A DNA stretch of 64,000 bases, from assembly GCA_010909165.1 (NCBI GenBank), contig MU008160.1, positions 2,046,001 to 2,110,000 of the forward strand. The letters run 5' to 3'. The stretch's first letter is position 1. Each line of letters begins with the position of its first letter. Shown here piece after piece: positions 13,601-24,750 of this stretch. The stretch is from Anthoceros angustus (lineage: Eukaryota; Plantae; Anthocerotophyta). A model generated the notes under the pieces. The model had not been told where the DNA came from. It made no database searches and worked only from the letters and a program-made list of their open reading frames with translations. The position numbers and the translations under genes are program-made.

Positions 13601-14671
13601 TGGAGTCGTAGTTACCGGAATTGGTAGGAGCGCCTGTGGTAGTGGGCCATATTTTCTAGACATCGAGAGGAGTGAGCGTGGTGATCCGCAATGGATGTAT
13701 AAGAGACCCTTTTGTGTCTCTCTTAATGCATACCTGTGTGAGCTTCCGTGTTGAACCCACGCCGAGGTTGGTTAGAGACGCCCGATCAAGATCAAATTGG
13801 TTCGATGCACCGTCTTCTCGTCACAAGAAGACCGGGAAGATCCCTGGGTGGTCGAGAGCGGAGTGGCCAAGCTCCACGTCTGGGAGTGGTGAGCGGAGAG
13901 GTAACTGGCGCATGCCGGGAGGGGTAGGAATTTCCGCGGAAGGCTGGGGTGAGACTGCCGCAAGGCGAATCGCCCAAGTACTTACCAGTGTTTTCTTTCC
14001 TGTCCTTCCTTCCCAAACCGCTGCCACCAGAACGTGTTTTATTCCATGAGGGGAGGTCTGTGTGGCCCAAGGTGAGGTCTGTGTGGCCCAAGGTGAGGTC
14101 TGTGTGGCCTGTGAGAAAGAGAAGATTTATTTGTGGAGTGGGAGGTCCCCGGAGGGGGCGGACGAGTGTGTGCTGTAGGGGATTGCGTATGCGTTTGGGG
14201 AAAACGTGGAATGATCGAAAAGAGTGGAAGTGAATGGTGAGATCACGGGAACCATGGAGTGAGGCGCCTGCTCGAGGTCGTGGTGCATAACCCTGAGAAG
14301 ATCCGATTATGGGTATTCCCCGAGAGAAGTAAGAGTACATGTAGGTGTGTGTATGACCATAACCCCAAGGACCGCGCCGTAGAAGCCGGTGACAATAGTC
14401 TCCGCGACACAAGTGCGCGTGGGTCCATTAATGGTTGAATCAGCCACTACGGTGGTTGAACCTCTGTAGTGGCCGAGTCTTCCACGGTGATGGGTTTTGG
14501 GCATGGTAGCTGGTTACGGGGTAGTGATTGATTGTGGTAGGACTAGAGTCCATAGTTTTAGAGCATCTTGACACAAAACCATTCCCTTGGGATCGAATCC
14601 TAGGACTATAACGACATAGAGGGTAAATGTGGCCTCTTTGCGTCTTCGGATGCAAAAAAACCCATTCCACA
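10681..14671 (+). mobile_element. 3,991-bp solo LTR (gypsy, Athila-like) inserted in the copia, containing a decayed ORF
   Basis: Ends TGTGGA...TTCCACA. Perfect 5-bp TSD CCAGG (10676-10680, 14672-14676). Removal restores copia LWHAR-LGHAN. Its 3' end resembles the LTR end before the PBS at 55203/56716. Confidence 0.88.
10960..13060 (+). pseudogene. LTR-borne accessory ORF remnant with charged, coiled-coil-like C-terminal part
   Basis: NNGWVT...LAKWILCFLH...FLVFLHEVVKGTQIDWGRMIFERA, homologous to 2777-3337 and 51740-51980. TATATA upstream at about 10921. Boundaries approximate. Confidence 0.6.
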
Positions 14672-17600
14672 CCAGGCTTGGTCATGCCAACAGGGCAAAA
14701 CTAATTGACATGGCTGCTAAGGACTGCTACAGAGAACCCTTACCCAAATGCTTCAAGGACTTGCCTATCTGTGAGGCCTGTATACTTGCTAAGAAAAAGG
14801 AGCAGCCATTTCCCAGTACCCCTGCACACAGAGCCAGCCATGTACTCGAGTTAATTCATGCGGATATATCAGGAAAAATTCATGAGCAATCACTTGGAGG
14901 TTCTCGATATTATCTTAGCCTCACTGATGATTTCAGCAGATACTCATGGACTTTCCCGATGCAGCTCAAGAGTGATATTCTTCAGTTCTTCAAAGCCTGG
15001 CTTCCTGTGGTGCAACGACAAACTGGACAAGTTGTAAAATGGCTTCACACTGACCATGGGACTGAATTTGTCAATACGCAATTTGATGCCTACCTGTAGG
15101 AGTATGGGATTCAGCGTCAGTTGACGGTCCCATACACACCACAACATAACGGAGTTGCTGAGCGTAAAAATCAGACTTTACTCGGCATGACTTTCAGCAT
15201 GTTGTTTTGGGCTGGACTTCCCCAAGGATATTGGGCAGAGGCAGTTGTAGCTGCCACCTACATTCTGAACAGGGTGTATACAAGCTCCGTGAAGGGACAG
15301 ACCCCTTATGAGGTATTTTGGAAACGTAAGCCTAGCATTCTCCACCTTCAAGTCTTCGGCTCCCGCGCTTTTGCTTATATCCCTGCCGAAAAGAGGAGGA
15401 AGTTAGACAATAGGGCACACGGTCTTATTTTCGTGGGATACAGCGAGAATGTCAAAGCTAACAAGCTGTATGATAAACATCGTCACTCTATTATTCTGGC
15501 TCGAAGTGTTACCTTTTTGGAGCCTCATGCGCTTGTGGGAGAGCCACCTTCAGAGGGAGCCACTACAGGTCCAGAGGGAGTTGACGAATATGCAGACCCC
15601 GATGAATCTTCATTTGATCATGAGCCTGCACATGTTGACTACCCTCAAGGCGATGCTGTCCCTGTCGGTGATCCTCCACCAGAACCTAACAATGATCTTG
15701 CACAAGAGCAACCAGATGTGTTAGAACAGGAAGATCCTCAGCAGGCAGCACCTCCCGAGCAAGATCCTCTGGAGGATTTTGACATGCATCAGGATGATCA
15801 CTTGGATGGAGCGCATGATCTGTTGGATGAGAATGATGAGAATGACTTCCAAGGCATTCATGAACATGCTGAACCAGTACCTGACGCTGATGACCCACCT
15901 GTACAGGAGCTTTGACGCTCCACACGACACAAACCAGTTAGGTCATAATGGAAGGAACCCCTGCATCACCAATAGACTTGACACTCATCTGCAGAGTCAT
16001 GGTTCTCACCGATGACCGCCACAAGCCTTCAATGGTCCGTGTCGCACAATGGTGTGTAGCAATTGAGGCCAAATATCAGTTCTTAATAAAAAACAAGACC
16101 TGGACTCTTGTAGACCTACCACCTGGAAGGAAACCCATCTCCAGTAAGTGGGTGTTCAAGTTGAAATTGAATGCAAAAGGCGAGGTTGCAAGGTTCAAGG
16201 CAAGACTTGTAGCGAGAGGCTTCACTCAAGTTGAGGGCCTGGACTACCAGGAAACCTTCTCACCTGTAGTAAATGCGCAGTCCATCCGTATGATTCTGGC
16301 ACTCGCCACGGAGTACAATTTAGATCTTCAGCAGATGGACGTGTGTACAGCTTTCCTCTATGGGGCCTTGGACGAGGACTTGTACATGCAGCAACCAGAG
16401 GCATATGTTGATAAGAAGCAGCCACACAAAGTGCTAAAACTGCTGAAGTGTATATATGGCCTTAAACAGAGTGGAAGGGTTTGGTATATCACCATTCACG
16501 TATTCCTCTTAAGTATCAACTTTGTGCAAAGCACAGCAGATACAAACGTATACAGGCTTACCAAGGGAGCAGATTATGTAGTCCTGGCAGTGTACGTGGA
16601 CGATGTCATCTTAGCTACCAATAGCCAACCTTTGCCGCCGAAGTCAAAGCTAAGGCCGAAAGAAATTGAAATGAAAGACATTGGAGCCCTCGTGTTCGCT
16701 TTGGGAATTGGGATTATCCCAATGTGACTGAGCAGGTCGATGATAATCCACCAGCTTAAGTATATAAATGAGATACTCGGAAAGTTCAAGCTAGAGGACT
16801 GTCGACCTGCTACTACCCTGGCAGCAATAGGAGTCAAGCTTACTAGTCTGATGTGCCCCCAAACTGCCCAAGACAAAAAGGATATGGAAGGGATTCCATG
16901 TAGGCATGCTGCGGGAAGCCTGATCTTTGTCGAAATTGGATCAGACCTGATGTGCAGTACGCTGTAAGTATGGTTTCCCAATTCCTGGAAAATCCAGGTA
17001 AGGCACACTGGGTAGCAGTAAAAGGGATATTCAGGTACCTCAAAGGCACCATGTATCATGGGCTGATATACAAGAGCAGCAGGCAGGATAAACTTATCTT
17101 GTCGGGATTCACGGATGCCGACCACTACCCCGGCAAAGAATAGGAGTCAAGCTTACTAGTCTGATGTGCCCCCAAACTGCCCAAGACAAAAAGGATATGG
17201 AAGGGATTCCATGTAGTATGCCGCGAAGCCTGATCTTTGTCGAAATTGGATCGCACTGACGCAAGACGTAAGTATGGTTTCCCACCCCGGAAAATCCGTA
17301 AGGCACACCGTAGCGAAAGGGATATTCAGGTACCTCAAAGGCACCATGTATCATGGGCTGATATACAAGAGCAGTAGGCAGGATAAACTTATCTTGTCGG
17401 GATTCACGGATGCTGATTGGGCATCAGATTCAGACTCCCGCAAAAGTCTATCCACATATTGTTTCTTGTTAGCCTCCGCAACTGTTAACTGGAGCAGCAA
17501 AAAGCAAACATCGATATCACTCTCCTCTACCGAGGTAGAGTACAAGTCTCTAACTGAAGCAACAAAGGAGGCAGAGTGGGAGAGGAGGTTCTTACATGAT

Positions 17601-17850
17601 CTCGGACAGGAGCAAATTGAGCCAACCCTGATTTCGTGTGACAACATGTCTGCCCTGGCCTTGGTAATCCACACTTCCACGCAAGGACTAAACATATTGA
17701 GATTCAACACCACTATATACGAGATGCTGTGGATAGAGGAGTTACGAAGGTAGGTTTTGTTGGAATAGATAACAACACAGCTGATATCTTGACGAAGGCC
17801 CTGCCAACACACAAGCACTATCAGCACATGGAGGGCTTGGGAATCGATGA
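14672..17850 (+). pseudogene. Copia integrase-reverse transcriptase-RNase H
   Basis: LELIHADISG, LHTDHGTEF, PYTPQHNGVAERKN (integrase); KARLVARGFTQ, QMDVCTAFL, YGLKQS, YVDD (RT); GFTDADWA, SSTEVEY, CDNMSA (RNase H). Stops, frameshifts and an internal duplication at 16804-17413. Confidence 0.95.
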
Positions 17851-18617
17851 TTTCACAGCACATACTGAGCAGTGAGCAGTGTTTATCTGGTGGGATGGGG
17901 AAGGCAGGCGCCATCCTTCAGTCAGAGGCATCTCCCACAAATTCGTTTTGTGGAAGTACTCCTGACAATCAAACACCTGCCCTTGCTCCCCAGGCGGCCA
18001 GATATCTGTCCACACAGCACAGTGTTTGTGAGTATCATGACAGTAAAACTAGCGAGTCTGCAGCAGGTGGATGAAGCTCCTTGCATACCAAATCACCTGG
18101 CTGCCGACGAATAACTGCTTAGCCAGCAAACCCACAGCCTTCCTTCAAAGTCTTAGCCAGTCTAGCAGTGTCCTTGAGCAGCGCGATCACGCCGCCCGCT
18201 TCCAGATCACGCAGGTTTCGGCCTGCTGTCACCAGGAGAGCACCTCTCCGGTCCATAGATAGGTCGATAGTTATCTGGCAATTACCAATCTGCAGGCGCT
18301 GCCCAACACAGAAGCTCTCACCCCATTCCTCATGATTGTGCCCCTACCGCAAAGAGAGAGCCGGCCCCGCCTTGGGAGCCTCCTCCCAAAGGTTACGCCG
18401 CCCGCTGCTCATACCGCTCCCACTGTCTTCATTCGACAATGCATGTCAATGAATTAGCACGAGAGCACGAAACAAGTGGGCAATGGTAGCGGGCAGCAGC
18501 TTGGATGCCATGGATATGGACAATAAGAACTCGATTGTGGTGGGTGGCGAACGTGGGCAGCAGAATCTCGTGGAGTGAGAAGGACATAGCGTGTAGCTCG
18601 TTGCGCTCGAGAGGGAG

Positions 18618-18830
18618 TGACAAGAGTAAGGACCCTTCGTATAGGGTTTACCTGTTGGGGTTACTCGCTTACTCGTGGTTATTTATAGGGCTGCTTAGAT
18701 GAAGGGTCACGTAGGTGAAGTGGCTTAGAGCAATGAACATTTATATACAACTTTTTTCTTTAATTTATGATTATCAAGTAAAGTTCAGTCGATAGCAATT
18801 GCCTTGCTCTATCCGCAAAATACACAAACA
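18618..18830 (+). repeat. Copia 3' LTR
   Basis: Preceded by PPT GAGAGGGAG (18609-18617). TG...CA ends. Matches the 5' LTR. Confidence 0.92.
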
Positions 18831-21800
18831 AGAATCTGTGAAGGAGCGAGTCCATGCACAACCAACTAATACAGTCAGAGGAAAGAAGGGAGTACAAGAC
18901 CTTGAACAAGATAAGGAGATAGATGCGGACCTTTTGGACGATGTTCGCGTTTCACCTATAAGAATGAAAGGGAGAGCAAAGTCAGGAAAAAGAGGAAAGA
19001 GGAACGACATTGACGAGACACCAGCGACAGGGCGCATCATCACCAAAGCAGTGCTAACGGACAACGACAGAGTGGAGCGAGCGCAACAGCGTAAGGACCC
19101 GTTACATCAAATTCGGGAGTGAGCGCACAAGAAGAGATGTCTTCCGCACACGGATATGGTTGCCATCACCAAGTTGACAAGCGCAGACTATATCATTCGT
19201 GACGCTCAGATCAGAAGAGTTGATGAATCGTGGGAAAAACATCTTCTTCGCGAAATTAAGAAGGGACCTGTACAAGAAGGAGTACTTCCTCTGCTATGTA
19301 TGATCGATCCAAGGGAGTGCGCAAGCGTGGAGGACTTTGATAAAGATAAGTTGAAAAGAAAGCAGTATACTATGGGAGTATTAGGTGGAAACCACAGCTT
19401 CTATGCGTTCCAACGACTGTACGCAAAAGACCCGAAGAACTCACACTTCCAGTATATGGAAGCTCATAAATATGCCGGCTTAACCCAGGCAAAGATGCAG
19501 TGTCTGGCCACATATCACAATGTCAAGGTTCTTGAAGAGAATGTCTTTCATTGAGCAAGTCCGATATATTCACGATGAGATGAAAATTGCGGCAGAGGAG
19601 GGTGTAAACATTACAATGGATTGGAAGTACAACCTATATCGGATGTTAGGCGTCATCGGTGATGCAATAGATCGAGAGGAAATGCAGCGACCTGTCGATC
19701 AGAAAACTACCGTGTTGTGCATTGCTAGTGTCGCGCCTCATATGTGAACATGGGTAAATGAGGTTTTCGATCTTTGGGAGAGGGGTGAGCTGCCCGAGCA
19801 AGGTAACCGGAGGAAAGGCAGCAAGAGAGGTAAATTAAAACGAGGGGGGCCGGATATGGAACCAGCAATGCGTGATCCAAATTTGATTATAAAGCCAATG
19901 CATGCGACCAATTGGAGAGTTTTCCAGGGCATGCCTCCCGGGGAAGCAAGTGAACGAATAATGTTGTTTGCGTTGGAGAAAATGATTCAAGGCAAGTTGA
20001 CAGTGAGCGGCATGAAGACATGGATAACAAAGGCAAAGAAGTTGAATGTCATCCAGACAACATTTTGCTCTAGGCTGAGGTGCAATTCATTTGGAGAAGT
20101 CGAGCGAGAATACCCGAGGTAAATTAAAACGAGGGGGGCCGGATATGGAACCAGCAATGCGTGATCCAAATTTGATTATAAAGCCAATGCATGCGACCAA
20201 TTGGAGAGTTTTCCAGGGCATGCCTCCCGGGGAAGCAAGTGAACGAATAATGTTGTTTGCGTTGGAGAAAATGATTCAAGGCGAGTTGACAGTGAGCGAC
20301 ATGAAGACGTGGATAACAAAGGCAAAGAAGTTGAATGTCATCCAGACAACATTTTGCTCTAGGCTGAGGTGCAATTCATTTGGAGAAGTCGAGCGAGAAT
20401 ACCCGAGGCACTGAACACCAAAAGATATAGCGAAATTTCAACCGGTATTTGATCACATTGTATTGTCCGCATGTGAGTTAGCAAGTGCGCAAACCAATTT
20501 GCGCATTGTTCTTCATGTTATAGCTGAGAGCGTCTCTTCATTGTGTAGACACTAAAGCAGGCTGAAGAGTATAAAGAGAAGATGATTCCCGATAGCTTCA
20601 AAGAGAACATCAATGCGGCAAGAAATTGGAAGAGGGTAGAAGATTTGCAGAGAGAGCTGGCAGAGGAAGACAAAGACGCAAAACTTGCCATTTTCCATGT
20701 TCCTAACAGCAAGAAAAAATTCAATTACCAAATAATCACTGCTGATATTCGTGAAATGGCTGCCTATCTAGGGAAAAGAGAATACAAGCTTTTGGTCATC
20801 GATTTATCAAGAGGCAATTTATCGGAGATATGGGATAAGGAGTTGACGTGTGAGGATTTGGAAAAGATAATGGATGGATTCATGACAATCACCGAATGCA
20901 AGACTTTCCGGGTGGTATTTATGCATGGACCAAATCAGATGCACTATGTCAAAAAGCAATGCTCTGCAAAAATGGTATGAAAGGGGGGGGAGTTTACACA
21001 ATGGTATGAGAGAAAGACAACTTGATTATGGACGACGGACTTTATGAAAACTGCGAGTACATGACTATAGGGTATGGTGTTCACCCTACAGTTGAGGATA
21101 TCAGGAAGTGCAATGCATTGTCCAATAGTGCGGCAGAAGAGGTTGGAGCTATGCCCGCATTTATCCGACAAAACGCAGTCGTGAAGAAACTTTTGAATAT
21201 GTCTAACGATGGCCACGTTGTTTCTCCTTACCAAAAGCCAATAGGGTCGATGGTGCTGCTATATGACCTGTTCACAGAAAGAGGAGAATGGGTTATAGAT
21301 GGATGCTCGGGAAGTGGGAGTGGAATACTGGCGGCATTACCAGAAGGGCGTAATTGTATTGTTGTTGACCAAGAATAAAGGAGCACCATATTCATCAAAC
21401 AGCATATTACAGGCCATGAAGTATTTCTTACCGACGAGGAAGAGTTGACTGCCAAACCACACAAACGTGGACATCCGATTTTTTTCGCCAAGGAGATGGC
21501 AAGAGGGAGATCTGTTAAGCCCAGGGCTGCAACACTTCACTTGATCCAAGGAACATGCGCACCCATCGACCTTCAAGAGTTGAGTCAAACACAGGGGCCC
21601 CAGAAGAAAAAGGAGAAAGACCGTAAAAAGAGTACGAAAAAGCCTAAGAACCAGGACGGGAAAGAAGTGCCAAGACCAGAAGAAAGCGACCCTACATGGG
21701 ACAATCAACATATGGAGACGTTTAGCTTTGGCGAATCCCAAGGTGGAGACACGAAAGATCTTCCTCTTGCTATTTACGATCCTCAACAGCTGCAAGCGAA

Positions 21801-21834
21801 CGATGATATCATCGTTCTCAGGACCGAAAGATAA
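18831..21834 (+). pseudogene. ParB/Srx-like domain fused to a beta-class N4/N6 DNA methyltransferase (N6_N4_Mtase-like), disrupted
   Basis: ParB-like QIRRVDE...LPLLC...VLGGNHS (GGNH at 19384-19395). Motif IV position LLVIDLSRG...WD (20801-20815) precedes motif X/I SPYQKP...LFTERGEWVIDGCSGSGSGILAALPEGRNCIVVD (21223-21370). Several stops, frameshifts and a 289-bp tandem duplication. Confidence 0.8.
19827..20408 (+). repeat. 289-bp tandem duplication inside the methyltransferase gene with GAGG microhomology
   Basis: Copies start at 19827 and 20116. About 3 substitutions (A/G transitions), no indels seen. The period is not a multiple of 3. Confidence 0.9.
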
Positions 21835-22379
21835 GATTCACCAAACTAGCTGGAATGATATACCATTGCCATGTGTTGGAGATTGTTTACATGTAAGTGC
21901 GTGCACAAATTTGCGCTTGAATTCTGTATCCAGTTTGAAAGAAAAAGCCGAACGAGAATGAGACTTTAGGTTTTTGCCACGTACTTGCAATCTACAATCT
22001 CAAATAACGTGTATCAAAACAATTATTCAAAGGGTTGCGGGTGAGATGTCTGCAGAGAAATACCAAAAAGGCTGATTATAGTGCGGATTTTTGTCATGTG
22101 CAAAAAGGGGTCCGGTCACGTCCATGTGCACAAGGGGTTTCAGGAGAAGCCCCTTTCTTCACAGACGCTGTTCATAGTACAAATGGCTTGAAGGGCGACG
22201 GCCAGATGGCAGCCTCATGCCCATGAAACTTGACATGTAGATGGTTTTCGACACAAAGTAAAGAAGATACAAGGCGGTGAACAGCCCACTCCCTCAGGGC
22301 AAAAGACCATAAACCCCACCTTTGAGCCCTGCTTCTGCAATACTACTAAGAGGGCTACAGTCCTTAACATTCTGGAACC

Positions 22380-23275
22380 CAATCAAGAGTGCAATGCTGG
22401 AGGTTTCCTTGGTCAACCTTTACAACTGTGTTTCGTATCGTTATCTTCAATCCATTGCATAGCGAGCATGTTGAAAATCTTTTCGACTTTGGAATTTTCA
22501 CCCTACTAAAGTGATGTCCACAGCCTCAGGAACCAGGCAGATGTAACATACCACTGGCCAGATGCCCATTGCTTCCTATACTTACTCCAAATTTCCAGCT
22601 TCGTGTACAAGTCAGGGAGGTTGAACACTTCCACATTTGGAAGTCTCTCAACCATGTTCAAGAAAGCAATATCCATCCAAGCTATGGCACATTGGGCATG
22701 AGGGGACTACTATTTTGGGTTGGGTCTCAAAGCATCCCATGAGGCATTCAATATGACTCAGCTTTTCAACTCCTCATATCTGCTATGACCGAGGCAATAC
22801 ACTCTTCTAATGGCGCGCAAACAGCAGCGGAATTGGTCCGTTCCCATTTGATGAGTTATAACCTTCTCATTCCCATTGACATTTTGCTCCATCTGAATCA
22901 GAGACTCCAAAAACGCTTCATGTTCCTGCCTCCCCATGCGCAAATTTGATATCGCTGTTCACGAAACCTTTCTCTGGTCAATTTGTGTACACACATTTGA
23001 TTGCGACATGCCTTCCGGAAATCAATGTTGATAATGTCCCATTCACATTTCCTCAATGGCACTCCTGTAGCTCGTCTACTTTGTCTGCCGACTCTTGCGC
23101 TTGTCGTTGCCTGCAAAGATTCGCTCATTGGCTTCGGGTGGTAAGATGGTGGAACTGGCTCTGCTACAGGCGACTGGAAATCATTTGACTCTTCTTGCAA
23201 ACCATTTGCCTCCTCCTCAGCAATGACATTCACCCTACCACCATCCACCGCAAGGAACAAGCCACGTCTAGGCAT
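22380..23275 (-). pseudogene. N-terminal half of a Sola-like (DUF7869-type) DNA transposase, catalytic core missing
   Basis: Across frameshifts: KACRNQMC...RFREQR...EHEAFL...CCLRAIRRVYCLGHSRY...AIAWM...ERLPN...FNLP...YVTSAWFLRLW..HFSRVKIPKSKRFSTCSLC. This is a pattern I recognise upstream of DUF7869-type catalytic domains. Confidence 0.6.
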
Positions 23276-24675
23276 CAGCAGCTCGCTTATTGCGGAGCTT
23301 GGTCTCTTCTGCTCATTGCAGCTTCACCTTGCAATTTGGAGGGGTTGCCCTCGAGCGCAGTATAGAGGCTCCTAAGGCACATTAGGACTCACGTCTTCTT
23401 CTTCCGGACTGTGAGTAGCGCGCATCATCTTTCTGCTGCTCCCATGGAAGTTGGAGGCGGTGAGGGGCAGTGTCCTGGAAGGTTTCCTTCTAGCTGTCGC
23501 ATTCCAGGGGGAATTTAACTCTCAAAGTTGGTTGAAGTAGGGATGGAAAGCAACCTTGGTAGAAAATCATTTTCCCCGAAGTGTCATTACGGCGGCGCAT
23601 TGGCTGAAGATATGGAATGGTCAATGAAATATGACAGGTATTGGATATCACCCAACGGTGTGAAATAATGAGGCAGATTGTGTGCCGCCGTCATTTGGTG
23701 GCCACATTAAAGGCTTCGGGCTTCATTGAATATCATCAAATAATTGGAAAGTTATCCAACCCTAATTTTCACTTATTCACGGTCAAGGGGAAGTCAAAGG
23801 ATGGTTAGGGCAGTTGTTACGCCCGGCTTCAGAGCATAACTTGAACGGGGTTGCGTGCAAACCCTAAACCCTGCACCTTGCTTTGCTGGTGGCCATTTCA
23901 CCTACAGCGGCGTCAGTGGACAGCTTCATCACACCGGCATCACCAGCAAACAAGAGCGGGAGTAGCAGGCACAAGCGGATTTCGCAGCGAATCCCACAAT
24001 ATTAGTCGGGTCGTTCTCGTTTGCACACAATTGTCTCCAATTCTCACAAGGATTGCAATTCAGGCTCTTCCACTAACGTCATTGAGGGGACCTCACGTTT
24101 GTTGTGTGTGGACGAATAGGGAATGTCCATGGGCAAGCGGAGCAAGAAGGATCAAGGAGAGCGGGTCCCTGATCCGCCTGAGCCTCTGCAGAAGGTGAAG
24201 AAGACTCGTGCCACAGGGAAAGGGAAAGCAACAGGCTGAAAGCAGTGTTGATGTTGTGGCGATGTCTCATGATAAGCGGTGGGGCGCAGGCCAGCCCGCC
24301 GATTGCATAGGGGATGGAACCAGCAGCTGGTGGATAAACAAAGTCAGGTAGCCTCACGTTCGTGAAGGCCAACACAACGCAAGCTGGAGCACATGGAGAT
24401 AAGGGAGACAAAGTTGGGAAGAAAGTGATTCCCATTCTATCTTCACACAGAATTGAGGAGATTGTTTACATTAGACATCTTGGTGCGCAGATGGATTTAG
24501 TGGAGCTATTAGATAAAGATTGGATGTTGCTATAGGATCCGAAGCCAGAGGACGATGGTGTTTTTTGGACACCCTTTTATAAGCTCTGGACCATGGGATC
24601 CAAGGATGCTCTGCCTAATCAATGAGCAAGAGCTAGATGGGTTGTGTGAGCAACGTTAGATATGGTGGAAACAGA

Positions 24676-24750
24676 CCTAATCGCGAAATTGCTTTGTAAT
24701 CCTAATCGCGAAATTGCTTTGTAATCCTAATCGCGAAATTGCTTTGCATT
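24676..24750. repeat. 25-bp tandem repeat x3 (CCTAATCGCGAAATTGCTTTGTAAT)
   Basis: Copies start at 24676, 24701 and 24726. Confidence 0.92.

Larger units (their letters stand above)
7730..18830 (+). mobile_element. Full-length decayed Ty1/copia LTR retrotransposon with nested 3,991-bp insertion
   Basis: Two ~212-bp LTRs (TG...CA), PBS TGGTATCAGAGC, PPT GAGAGGGAG, and domain order gag-PR-INT-RT-RH. Confidence 0.95.

Noticed and set aside
18831-21834. Bacterial or prophage contamination as the source of the ParB-methyltransferase
   Set aside because: It is interrupted by a plant copia element, has putative spliceosomal introns and low-complexity tails, and has no operon context.
5418-22030. 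AATTATTCAA direct repeat at 5418-5427 and 22021-22030 as a TSD bounding the methyltransferase element
   Set aside because: No convincing TIRs inside, the similarity extends on the same side of both copies, and an AT-rich 10-mer can recur by chance.
23880-24660. Possible LINE ORF1 remnant
   Set aside because: Only a weak GPW-like motif, with no continuous frame or supporting domains.
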